Shown in pieces: positions 52,761-64,000 of a stretch of DNA of 64,000 nucleotides (positions within the stretch are counted from its first letter, which is position 1; every line of letters starts with the position of its first letter). Source of the stretch: Parasitella parasitica NRRL 2501 (Eukaryota; Fungi; Mucoromycota). The notes under the pieces are model-generated. The model ran no database searches and was not told the origin of the DNA. It saw nothing but the letters and a program-made list of their open reading frames with translations. The stretch spans positions 55,804 to 119,803 of the forward strand of contig MU619263.1 of the NCBI GenBank assembly GCA_025201805.1. Direction: 5' to 3'. Both the position numbers and the translations under genes were made by a program.

Positions 52761-53952
52761 ACCTAAATGAGCCAATAATGTATATGGTCAAAAGGTTGAT
52801 CCTATTATTGGGCTATGATCGGTTGGTCATTAATTATAATTGCTAATACCAATTATGTGATTAATTATACCTATGATCTGTTGTGATAGATGAGCTATAG
52901 TTAGGTGCCAATGATAGTAAAGTAATATAACGGTATATTTATTTGGATAGTACTAATAATTTATATGAAGGGAGAAAAGCAGATAAATTCATTAATATTC
53001 ATTTTTATCCGGTTGCTTACTGTTGAATTTACATGTGTTAGGAAATTTACCAAGGAATTGACATTTGCATGCCAGTTCATGCAATGATATCTTCTTGGAT
53101 CATTAGTATACCTCCAGCTACTTTCTTTTTTGGGTGCATTGAGAGTTGTTCAAATATTATGTACAGATAAGAAGAAAAGAAGAGCGAAATGTTGCCAATG
53201 TTGTGATGAAACTATAGTTAATCAACATCAGATTTCTACGTAATCTATAGAGCCAAATTAACTCCTTGATAAGGTATTAACTATATCAACATACGCCTTA
53301 TGGAATTACGAAAATGAGAAAGACATGTTGTGATTAACTATGATATCCACTCAAAAATATTTAATGTGCACAGATACATAATATCTATAGTATACACATG
53401 TAAGAAAAGATCGCAAAAAAGATTTGGGAAAATAGCACGCGAGATAGAGGTTCAGCCTCAAAAGTAAACAGGTTATAAATCATCCGCTTACAAAACTTGA
53501 TGTAAGTTTTATACAATTTAATCAACTGTTACCTTTTTTTTTTTCGTGCATGTTTGTAATCCCTTATTAAATCTCCACAGTCGACACAAGATTGTAGTGC
53601 AATAATAAACCAAATCAACGTACACAGCTAAATTATTGAATGATAAGGGTCACACACAACATAGCAACGCCCATATCTAAGAAGGCACAATATGATCGCA
53701 ATTGTAACTTCCTCATTAGAATTAACTGAGGCCACACATCTACTCGCCTTCGCAATATCCAATCAAAACGAACAGTATCAGTTGGTAAAATAGCGACAAA
53801 AGGTGAGCACAAACAAGAGTAACTTAATTTCAATGCCAGCGTTGAACGAAAAGGCGAGATTGATTAAATAAATATCGAGGCAAGTATTATTAGTTTTTAG
53901 ATTACCCATCTGCTTTCTCTTCTCTTTTTCTACTGTTCAGTTCTGTTCATTT

Positions 53953-55818
53953 ATGACTCTCTCTGATGATGATATGATTACAACAAAAAGTATGAACAGC
54001 AACAATAATTTAGCAGCATCAAATAGAAAGAGCAGTAGTAGTATTACTGTCTCAAATATCATGCCATCACCATCTATTGTAACAGGAAGTCCCAGAAGCA
54101 GTATTATTTCAAGCACAAGTCAATATACTAGCGGATTAACGGCTACATCAACCTTTTCTTCAATTGGGGAACGGCAGAGCAATGCCTCGACATCCAATTC
54201 ATCCGCTATCGACTTTTTGAACAACTCAATTGAAGATTTTGGTATTATCGACACACTTGATTTTGAAGATATAAATGACGAATTTCTTGGTATATATTTA
54301 TAAATAACCCTATAGTACAAGTATTTAATATAGTTATTATGTTATATATAGACCATGAGAACCTACATCGGAGCAGAGAAGCCATAATTGATAGTCTCTT
54401 CAAATCAGAAGAGGCTTACACGAAGTCGCTTGAATTAGTGATGCGTATCTTTCTGCAGCCTTTGCGAGAAGTTGCTGCTCACACATCGTTCAATTTTCTC
54501 GGAATGAAAAAAATGGTGTGCACTGAAAGAGAATTTCGATGGTTATTTGGTAACTTTGAAGAGTTGGTTCACATGCATCAATTAACATTGAAAAGTCTTC
54601 AAGAAAGGTAAAAACTGAAAAACATTTGTTCATGATGAAAAGTTTAAATCTCACTGCAACTTTGCGCAAAGATTGCGCATTTGGGGTCCAACACAAATAT
54701 TGTCAGATGTATTTCAAGCTTGGGTAACAATCAATAAAATATTACAAAAGAAAAAAAAAAACTTGACTAACCTTTGCTTCATCGCATTAGTTTCCTAATC
54801 TAGAGTGCTATTATACTTATTTGAATAACTATGCTGTCGCCTTAACAACTTATGAAAGATTAGCAAGATATCAGCCATTCAAGAAATTCATAGACGTTAG
54901 TGTAACTGCCCATGTAAAGAAAAGAAATGTAAATTAATGTGCTATGTTGACTGTTAGGCAGCACACAAGGACAAATCACTAAAAGGATCTAGTTTGCTTT
55001 CATTGATACAGCTGCCAGTTGGTTGTATTGATCGTTACGTCGATATAATTACCAAGCTGGCTGAAGCAACTCCGTCCATGCATCCTGATTATTTTGGTTT
55101 ACAAAAATGCAAATCGTGGATCCATCAATTTCAAAAGAATATTCAAGACAAGTATGTTCTCTATACATTGTTAATAGCATAATCTAAATATCCCCTAGAC
55201 TTTTGGATGCCGATAATGTAGATCAAGTTCTAATGATACATCAAGCCTTCGTCAATGCGCCGTTTAGTGTAAGAGCCGAAAGACGACTGGTGATGCAAGG
55301 CCGATTGTCACGAGTTGTACTGAATACACGATCCATAGGTGAAGAACGACATTACATGCTTTTCAGTGATTTGCTAGTGTTTGTAAGGCCTAAAATCGAC
55401 AGAGTAGCAACAAGGCTTCAGTACAAAGGCCATCTGGTTCTGGAGAGAGCTCGAGTCCGTTCTTTAACAAAAGAAGAAGCAGGTGGCATTGCTCATTGCA
55501 TTGAAATTATACCCAGTTTCTCTGGTGTCGATAATTTGAATACTACATTTATTGCCGCCCCGACAGTTCATATATTATATGTTGGATCAGATACAGAAAG
55601 GGACAATTGGGTGGCAAAGTTAGAAAAAGTCATTACAAATTTGGACAAGATAGCAGCAGTTAAGCATGGTAAGTGTGTAGTTTGGGTGATTTGATAGCCT
55701 ACTCGAATTTGACATTAAATTTACAGCACAAGCGACTAGGCGAATGATGCAGAGCAGAACCCCAAAAAGTAGCATCACCCGCCCTGTTAACTCGACTATA
55801 TCTGCTGAAAACTTTTGA
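53953..55818 (+). CDS. DH-PH RhoGEF
   Basis: REAIIDSLFKSEEAYTKSL, LFGNFEELVHMH, LLSLIQLPVGCIDRY, ATPSMHPDY, and a PH domain (RRLVMQGRL..ERHYMLFSDLLVF..ERDNWVAKL); multiple introns. Confidence 0.88.
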
Positions 55819-56017
55819 ATCATGAAAGAATCTTCTTGATTACATATACCACCCTACACATCCAAGTTTCATTGATAGTATGTTTGATCTATTTGGTCAA
55901 ACCAATCCAATATTATTCATTCCCTTCCGTTTATTTTTCCATTTGCTTTGAGCCATATATTAGCTAGCCCTTAATTAGTAACGAAGTAGAGATTAAAAAT
56001 TGGTCGTAGTAAAACAT

Positions 56018-56767
56018 TCATTCTGTATCAACATATTCTGATGCAATAATACCAAAATAGGGCACTTCATATCTTTCTAATGATGCACCGTCTAAATAAG
56101 CTCGGTACCTGACAATTTTGAAAGATTAGCAAGGCTGCAGGATAGATGAGTAAACGGAGCGCGATCTTTGAACTTACGAAAGCCAGGCCAAGAGGAAAAT
56201 ATTGAAAAAGAATAAAACCCAAGATAAAAAGGACGATACAAACAACACTATAAATTGCGCGAGCATTAAAGCTGAAAATGTTAGGGAAGACTATGAAAAA
56301 TCATCAGAATACGAGTATAGCGTTAGAGTACCAACTATTGTACAAGTTACCTGCCACGCATGAAATCTCACATAATCGTTTTGTCTCTCGAAAATTAACA
56401 ACAACAATCCTAAATTTGTAGTTTGGTTACGGCGAGAAAGGAAGAGAGATTCATGCACTATTGCTTTACCTGTTACTGGACCTAAAACATAGGCCAGGCA
56501 TGCTTCAACATCCACACGGATAGGTAATGAAGTTTCGTATTTATTGACACGTACAGCCTGTTGGCCGTCGAAAATAGAGGGACCACTAGTACTGCTTCCA
56601 GCACCATTTCCACTACCTAATAATCCTTGTTCAGCGTATGAATCCGAACCAGCCTGATATGAGCTATAAGAAGGTCGATTCGATTGTTGCTGCTGTTTTT
56701 GCTGTTTTTTGGGTGATTGAAGAGTTCTATCTTCATCTGGTGAAGGCGAGTAAGGCGCAAAGTTCAT
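56018..56767 (-). CDS. Small membrane protein, DUF4870/Tic20-like
   Basis: ACLAYVLGPVTGLLLLIFERQNDYVRFHAWQS...YRAYLDG..LERYEVPYFG; 3 introns. Confidence 0.75.
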
Positions 56768-57238
56768 AATATGCTACACGAATGGAGGAAGAAAAAAAAA
56801 AGAATGCAGTTGACCTTTGTTGAGTTTGCTGATACAATATTTAAATAGCCAACATTGATAGCTCACTCAAATGACGTCGCTACCAATACTATGTTTAGTT
56901 TATCGAAAAGTATCAGTTGAAAGCATTGTGATTAAAAATACAAGTTCAGTATATAGAGCGTATCAACAAGTTATTTGTGATTCCTCTGCTTACACTTATG
57001 AATAGGAATAAATAAATAAAAATGAAGGCGCATGAATAAATCCATTAGGGTACATATTGCGTACGATGGCTGCAAAAAAGATCAAGGTTTTCACCTGTAT
57101 TTCAGGCCAAAACTACCAGAATCTGTATACAGAATTCTTTCGTGGTTATACGCTCAAGGTCAAATGGGCTTCGCCAACAACAAGTGCATCTTCCACATGG
57201 TAATTTGACTTCGGGGACGCTGAGACGGAAACAGGAAA

Positions 57239-57244
57239 ACGCGT
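57239..57244. promoter_or_regulatory. MCB-like element (ACGCGT) upstream of POB3
   Basis: AAAACGCGTC about 70 nt upstream of the ATG; single copy, so it may be chance. Confidence 0.3.
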
Positions 57245-57309
57245 CAGATGAAAAAACGATCCAAAAACATTTTTCAACAGTTCCTTAACTAATAACAACC
57301 ATAATCAAC

Positions 57310-59181
57310 ATGTCTGATAAAAAAAACGTGGACTTCAACTCTATCTACTGTGGACTGCAACCGGATTTAGGTCGTTTTCGATTATCACAAAATGGCCTTG
57401 GCTGGAAAGGTGGCCGTGATCGAACTGTCATTGTCGCTACAGATGACTTGAAAAAAATGAGCTGGACGAGAGCTGCGAGAGGCTTTGAACTTCGAGTATT
57501 GCAAAAGGACAGCACTGTTTTAAAATTTGACGGATTCAAACCAGACGTAAGTTTGAAGAGTACTCATGTATGGCTCATTCGCTTGACATTTTCGATACTT
57601 GTGCAGGATCTGGAGGAGTTGAAAGAATCTGTGAAAGCCTTTTACAAGATCCCAATTGAAGTCAAGGAGGTGAGCGTCAAAGGCTGGAATTGGGGGAAGA
57701 CAGAATTCCAAGGTAAAAGAAACCTCATCTTGTCTTTGAAAGATACACACTGTTGTTAACGCAAAATGAAAGGTTCCAATCTCAACTTTAGTGTCACAAA
57801 CAAAACCATGTTCGAGTTGCCTCTGGCTCAGGCTATTGCTACAAACAAACCTGGTAAAAACGAAGTGGCTATCAACTTTGTTGATCCTGGCCAGCCTGCA
57901 CCGGAAGGAATCAATCCCAAGGACGTAGACGAATTGATGGACATCACTTTTTATGTGCCGGGTACTGTGGCAAAGGAAAACATAAACAACGACACAAATG
58001 CTGAAGAGGATGAAGAGGAAGAAGTCAATGCAGATATGGTGTTCTATGAGACTGTAAAGTCCAAACTGGAGCTCAGCCAAATGACAACAGAGAATATTGT
58101 ACAATTCCAGGAAGCCTTATGTTTGACTCCTCGCGGCCGTTACAATATCGACATGTACCAAGATTTTCTTCGTCTCCGTGGCAAAACCTACGATTACAAA
58201 ATTCTTTATTCAAATATCATCAAACTATTCTTGCTTTTGAAGCCGGACGAAGTGCATGTTCTATTCGTTGTATGTACATGTTTATATTTTGCAGCAATCT
58301 GACTAATTTTTACGCATCGACCTTGCTTTTTATAGATTGGGTTGGATCCTCCTCTCAGACAAGGCCAAACAAAATATCCTTTCCTTGTTTTCCAATTTGT
58401 ACGCGAAGAAGAAATTGATGTGGATCTGAACTTGGAAGATGAAGCCTTGGATGAAAAGTACGAAAACAAGCTCCAGAAACATTACGATGCCCCCACCTAT
58501 GAGGTCGTTAGCAATGTATTTAGAGCTTTAACAGGTAGAAAGGTGACAGTTCCAGGTTCTTATCGAAGCCATCATGGCGCCAATGCGTTGAAATGTTCAA
58601 TGAAAGCAAACGAAGGTTTCCTTTATCCACTGGAGAAGAGTTTGCTGTTTATCCCTAAACCCCCAACCTTTATTCCTTTGAATGACATTGGCGTGGTAAC
58701 TTTCTCTCGTGTTGGTCAGTCAGGTGGCAGTTCTCGTACATTCGATATGAAGTTTAATATGAAGAGCGGAAACGACATTCAATTCTCTAGTATCAACAGG
58801 GAAGAGTATGCCAACATCGAGGACTATTTGAAACAAAAGAAAATCAAGATCAAATCTGAAGGAAATGAGGATACTATAATGAGTTATACCGACCTTGCTG
58901 GATTAGATGATGATGAGGATGATGAGGATGATGATTATGATTCAAGAAAAAGACGCAGAACAGGAGATAACGTCCCTGCTGGTGCTGGTGCTAGTGCTGG
59001 TGCAGATGATGAAGACGAAAGCCGTAAGTATTATTCAATATTGTATATACGATAACGTCCAACTTATCTTTTTCTAGCCGATGAGGATTTTGCGCCTGAT
59101 AGTGATAGTGATGTTCCTGAAGAGTACGATTCTGATGCACAAGGATCTTCGGAAGGTGAAGAGGAAGCTGGTGATGACTAA
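57310..59181 (+). CDS. POB3: FACT complex subunit Pob3/SSRP1
   Basis: KGWNWGKTEF, LTPRGRYNIDMY, LRLRGKTYDYKI, DPPLRQGQTKYPFLV, KANEGFLYPLEK, SRTFDM, FSSINREEY and an acidic tail; 4 introns. Confidence 0.96.
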
Positions 59182-60259
59182 ACGCCTTTAACATGCAAAA
59201 TCAAAATAAAGAATTACTCTCAGTCATTATTTGAGGCTGGTAAAAGTGCTGTTCATAAAGTCCTCTTGTCGTAATATAGAAATTTTGTCAACGAGAGCCT
59301 TCCAAAGTTATGGTACGAGCTATATATTGGGTTAAAAGTTTAGCGTCACTACTTGCACAATCAATAGTTGCTTGATGTATAGTGATAAAATAGTAAAAGA
59401 GGTATTTTTCAAGGAGAAGCTTTTCTTATCATTTGCATTATACAATATGTAAAGGACCCTTTAAATGAAAATTGCCATTACAAAGCTCTATGGGCAGATA
59501 TTAAAGTGACCAGAAGACATAGGTTGGTGTTCATTACTACCTATTAGACCACTTGTTAAGCTTTGAACTTGCGCACAACAGAGTAATGAAAATAGCAACA
59601 ATCATTTAATGGTTTCTTGACATTTGCTGGCAAAGCGAGAGTTTGCAATACCTTTACAGCTTACGTTTTTGATCACCAAATGCTCTTTATTGATGACTTT
59701 CACTAAATAACATCTTATCGGGGATTCACAGATGAAAAATAGGCCACAAATGACAAAAAAGACAACATTCGCGGGGAAGACTCAATTATCATGCTAATGG
59801 AGTATTGAAGATGGTTCACTTCATTGCAGTTGCAGCTTTGATGAAATTACATCAGCCAGCATAGCTTGTTTTCTGAATATAGTACTTTGGTAACTACTAA
59901 TACGAGTGATGTCACCCAAATAAAAAAAAAAAAAAAATTGGGAAAAAAAAAAAAAAAAAAAAAAAGGAAAAAACGCACCAACCCTCCATTCACCAAAGAA
60001 AAAGGATATAAAAAAAGGGAAAGAGAACAGCTAAATAGTTTTTTTATCACAAGAAAAAGGGATAAATTTACACGGTAGTAGCTTTTCATCTTTTGTATAT
60101 TCTGTTTCTTAGCTTTTCTTTTTTTTTGCGCCAACATTTTTGCGTTTTTTTTTCCTACTTTTATCACTTTTATCTTTCTCTCTTTAGTCGAGTAGGGGAG
60201 TTTTTTTTTTAGTAATTTTTTTTTTTTGTTTATCTGGATATTACTAAATGCCTATTCAA

Positions 60260-62491
60260 ATGGTTTCTCGCTTCCGAGTTAAAAAGCTTTCGCCTAAACA
60301 TCCACTTCCTATATTTAAGGAGTCTCAGCTTCCAGACCTTATCGACCCTGCCAATCTGCAAAGGTCTGTCCCTCAAATAGAGACTGGCGTTGAGAAAGAA
60401 GAAGAAGAGGAGGTATGTTAAAGTGTGCTCTTTGTGAACATAATTAATTTTTACCCAATAAAGAGGCGCGCAGTTAATAAAAATTAACATGTGTCTCAAC
60501 TCCCTTTACTCCTTCCTCCACCTAACCCCTCTAATCACTCGTTAAATTTTAGCATGATTTACAAGCTGCTATTTCTGCTCATCAAGCGGCTGTTACGACT
60601 GGCGCTAAAATTGAAAGTTATATCCCAATTCCCGATGCATCGAAAGAAATCGACCAAAAAGAATACGAATCATTATACAAGAAAAAGTACAAGGAACCAT
60701 CCACATTGATTCGATTCTCATCAACAGTAGAAGATACCAGTGGCTGTCCCTATGTTATGGATGAATTGGACGAAACATTTTTAAATAAATATAACACAGA
60801 CCATGCAACATTATCTGAAGATGATTTTGAAAAGATGATGTATCAATTTGAATTCATCACAAAAGACAAACTACCACACATTCACTTGGTGAGTTCCTTT
60901 TTTTCTTCTTGGTTATTGCTGTATTTCCAAAACAGCTGCTTTCTGTATGCTGATTAATACATTGTACTGACATTCACCTAAATGCCATAGGATCCTGAAC
61001 ATATTCCCCATTTCCAAAATTTTATGGAATTAGTCCCAGAGTCATCATTCTTACATTCAAGAGCTACCCTCTTGAATGAAGCTACCTTTAGCTACTGGAG
61101 AAAACGGAAACAGGATCGACATGGACATGCAATCATACCAGAATTAAAGCATGAAGAATTACAAAAAAACGAAATGGACCCATATGTGTGTTTCCGTCGT
61201 CGAGAAACCAAACCTGTTCGGAAAACAAGGCGCACAGACCAACAGTCTTTAGAAAGACTTCGTAAACTGCGATCCGAAATGGAGATGGCTAGGAATTTAC
61301 TGGAGATGGTATTGAGAAGAGAAAAGATTAGAAAGGAGGGCATGGTTTTGGAACATACTGTATTTGACAAGAAATGTAAATTAAGAGAATACCAAAGGAC
61401 CCTTGGTATTAAGGAGGACGAGGATTTATTGCTGCCATCAAAGAAAAAGCGAAAGACATCTGTTGGGTCAGGGTAAGTTGGCCTTATCTCCATGTAATTT
61501 CATCTTTTATTTTTTTACCTACCAACTTTCTTTTCATGATATAGTGCTACCATCAAAATTCCTCTCCATAGACTTAAGAGAGATGATGGCCGCATTGAAA
61601 AGTCTCCTACGCAGCTAGCGATTGAAGCCGATCTGGCCAGAAAGAAACTACTAGATGCGCCATACGAAGACCTTACACAGGTGAGCTTGAAGGCTATGTC
61701 GTTATTTCATTACCTATTACTGAATCCTTCGAAAAAAAAAAAAAAAAAAAAGTGCTCTTACCAGCCATTTCCTGCACCATTGTCTACACAATTCTTTCAG
61801 CCAATGTCTAATGGCATTCGCTATAGAAAGCGTATTGGCCGTGGTGGCCGTACCTTTATTGATCGTGCTGGTTACAACAGAAATATGTCTGGTAAAGTGT
61901 GGCCGGGCACGACGATGACTGAACATCAGAGGAATTCACTGAAGCGTTTTGTGTTTGATTCTGATTCAAGCGACCAAGAATCAGATGTTGAAATAGATGA
62001 AATGCAAGACAGGTAAAGAAAAACAAAATGAAAGAAAAGGAGATCGTTAATCATTTTATTTTACCCGGCCCTTTTTTTTTTCCAGTTATCTGAGGCATAG
62101 AACGCAATTGCTATCAGAAATGGAACTTAGGAGCCTTGTCACTATACCATTCTTGACCCCAATGAATATGATGAACATTCAGGCAGCTCGTGCAAGTCAG
62201 GCAGCCGCTGCCGCCGCCGCTGCTGCTTCGTCTCAAAGGTTATCAGTTGCTACTGGCGCATCAGCACTTGATAGTAATAATAGTCCTACCAGCAGAGCTT
62301 CCTCTCCTAATGTCTCTCCCCACCAGCTAAAGAGGCAAGCCAGTAGGTCTCGAATGACGCCGCAACAAGCTGCGGTAGCTATGGCTAATGGTATGATTGC
62401 TGCTAACATGGCTGCAGTTGTAAACAACTCTTCAAGCCATAATCGAAGTGCTGTTCAAATGGCCATTGCAGCTGCTCAACAACAACAACAA

Positions 62492-62529
<38 letters not shown>

Positions 62530-62572
62530 AAGAGCAAATAATGGAAATTGCTTGCCATCATCCATTATTTAA
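60260..62572 (+). CDS. EPL1: Enhancer of polycomb-like NuA4 subunit Epl1
   Basis: FRVKKLSPKHPLPI, ETGVEKEEEEEHDLQAAI, YIPIPDA, YVMDELDETFL, YWRKRK, DPYVCFRRRETKPVRKTRRTD, RKRIGRGGRTFIDR; polyQ tail. Confidence 0.95.
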
Positions 62573-62831
62573 CCTTACCAACCATGATAATTTCTCGTTA
62601 TTTCTTTCTCCTTTCTCTGCTCCATATTTCGCCCTTGTATTGATTCTTATTAATCTTACGATCTCTTTTATAAACTTATACATACACGTAAACCTATGAA
62701 CTTATAGTCTTTTACTATTTACTATTTATTACTTGAATTTTTCGATTTATTTTATACGCTCGCTCACAATAAATTAACAACTATAATCCAGTGCCAATTT
62801 TTGTCGTGGTAGTGTTAAGTAAGTAAACCAA

Positions 62832-63128
62832 TTGGAACCTCAAGCTGCAAACGACGAGTGCATCGTATGCATCAGAAGAAGTCTGTTTACCATTGAATCC
62901 CAAAAACGCTACCGAGAGGCTCTTGGTCAGTTTGCATGCACTGCCAACACTGCCGCCAGACACACCTTTAATTCCTTGAAATCTATCTTCTTCAATGAAT
63001 TCGACAACCCACAGTTCGATTCTCTTCACTATCATCTGAACAAGTCTCTTTTTCCAAGAGATCTGGCTGTCACTGATAACGCCTTGCATGACCATTTGAA
63101 CATGACACTCAATGCTGTAGAGCTATGA
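62832..63128 (+). pseudogene. Second Fanzor1 N-terminal fragment
   Basis: YREALGQFACTANTAARHTFNSLKSIFFNEFDNPQFD aligns with HTQALYELLNITNTLVTHRFLFQKRLFLKESEKDFNFD from the 2.9-kb relic (AL, NT, H.F..K..F..E and FD conserved). Confidence 0.55.
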
Positions 63129-63631
63129 TCGCTACTAAACGACTCTAGGCTATCACTTGCTCCTATTCAAATATGCTCTACTTGCTTTTTATGAAGCTGG
63201 AAACTTGAACATGGCCTAAGTGCTCAATAACAAAAAAAAAACATTTCGAAAACAAATACACCGTGTTAAAAACTAGCTTTTTAAATGTTCTCGAACAGCG
63301 CTTCAATCAAACATGATCATAACCTTGAGTCTGTTACAATGGCACTAGTGTTCTTTAAGATATCACTCAGTGCTCATAGCCAGTATCTCACAAATGTATA
63401 TTGTTTGCTCTATATAATATCACTCTTATTTGACCAGAGAATTTTTTGTCTTAGAATTCCGTTCAGCAGATCTAAAAATCAATCTTTTAATATACTTTAA
63501 ATACCATTAACTTTTGCTGTTGATTTATATTTATTGCCGATGGACAAGAGAAACGTCGAACCTCCTAAGCCCTCAAGCTTTGTAACTAGAATTATTGGTA
63601 GATGAACAATTTGCTTTAATGCATTATAAAT

Positions 63632-64000
63632 TTACTTTTTTAGGAAGGATAATAATATGAGTGGGATGGTATACATGAAAGAAATAATAACAGTGCCTGC
63701 ATCTGATTTTTCATTCAAACTTCGATTATCTACGTTAGCTTCAATCGAGCTACTTCGTTTAGTAGTAGACTTTGTAGCTAAGTCGCAATAGACCGAAGCG
63801 CAATCAGCTGTAGGAAAACAAGCAAGACCAGATCCGCAGCCTTGGATTACCCATTTGTCGATATTGCACACGGCAATAGATTTGCCCAAACAAACCATCT
63901 TGCCGTTAGTAGAGCATTTTGCACCATCTTCAATACCAGAATCGGTAGATTTACAGGTTGAAGATGAAGCACTTTCAGCAATGTCTGTTTCGTCAGAGCT
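63632..64000 (-). CDS. 3' part of a putative GPI-anchored protein with a CBM19-like chitin-binding module
   Basis: CSTNGKMVCLGKSIAVCNIDKWVIQGCGSGLACFPTADCASVYCD resembles the Cts1-type CBM19 Cys pattern; hydrophobic C-terminal GPI-like signal; 5' end outside the window. Confidence 0.7.
   Translation of the reverse strand, partial: SSDETDIAESASSSTCKSTDSGIEDGAKCSTNGKMVCLGKSIAVCNIDKWVIQGCGSGLACFPTADCASVYCDLATKSTTKRSSSIEANVDNRSLNEKSDAGTVIISFMYTIPLILLSFLKK

Noticed and set aside
59847-60167. Lys-rich or Phe-rich ORFs over poly-A/poly-T runs (also 2306-2518 and 48907-49149)
   Set aside because: Artefacts of homopolymer tracts in promoters or at the assembly gap.

Overview
AT-rich, gene-dense fungal DNA with many short (about 50-75 nt) GT-AG introns. 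Gene content and intron style are most consistent with a Mucorales-type (Mucoromycota) fungus; this is inferred, not verified. Most of the window is conserved housekeeping genes: a RasGEF, a Dal5-type MFS transporter, an ING/Yng2 PHD protein, Mdj1, Kex2, Cyc8/Ssn6, mitochondrial uL13, OHCU decarboxylase, an intronless Brr2, Rab6/Ypt6, a Pho4/NUC-1-like bHLH, Edc3, a UPF0014 membrane protein, casein kinase I, a DH-PH RhoGEF, a DUF4870-like protein, Pob3, Epl1 and a partial CBM19/GPI protein. Accessory material lies between them: (i) an intact intronless cytosolic protein with the motif set of the CD38/Tox-ARC ADP-ribosyl cyclase/NADase fold (34866-35657), plus a full-length decayed paralogue in inverted orientation 6 kb away (28116-28774); (ii) an intronless stand-alone tandem RyR-repeat protein of bacterial/viral type (18836-19495); (iii) a decayed Fanzor1 (TnpB-like RNA-guided nuclease) gene (about 2860-4560) and a second Fanzor N-terminal fragment (about 62830-63130); (iv) a 480-bp pogo/Tigger-derived MITE with TA target-site duplications; (v) an F-box pseudogene. 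Also notable are a CK1 with a regularly spaced WG/GW (Argonaute-hook-like) tail and a tandem pair of RFX X-box palindromes upstream of CYC8. All family calls are by eye from motifs; no searches were run, and exon boundaries were read manually.
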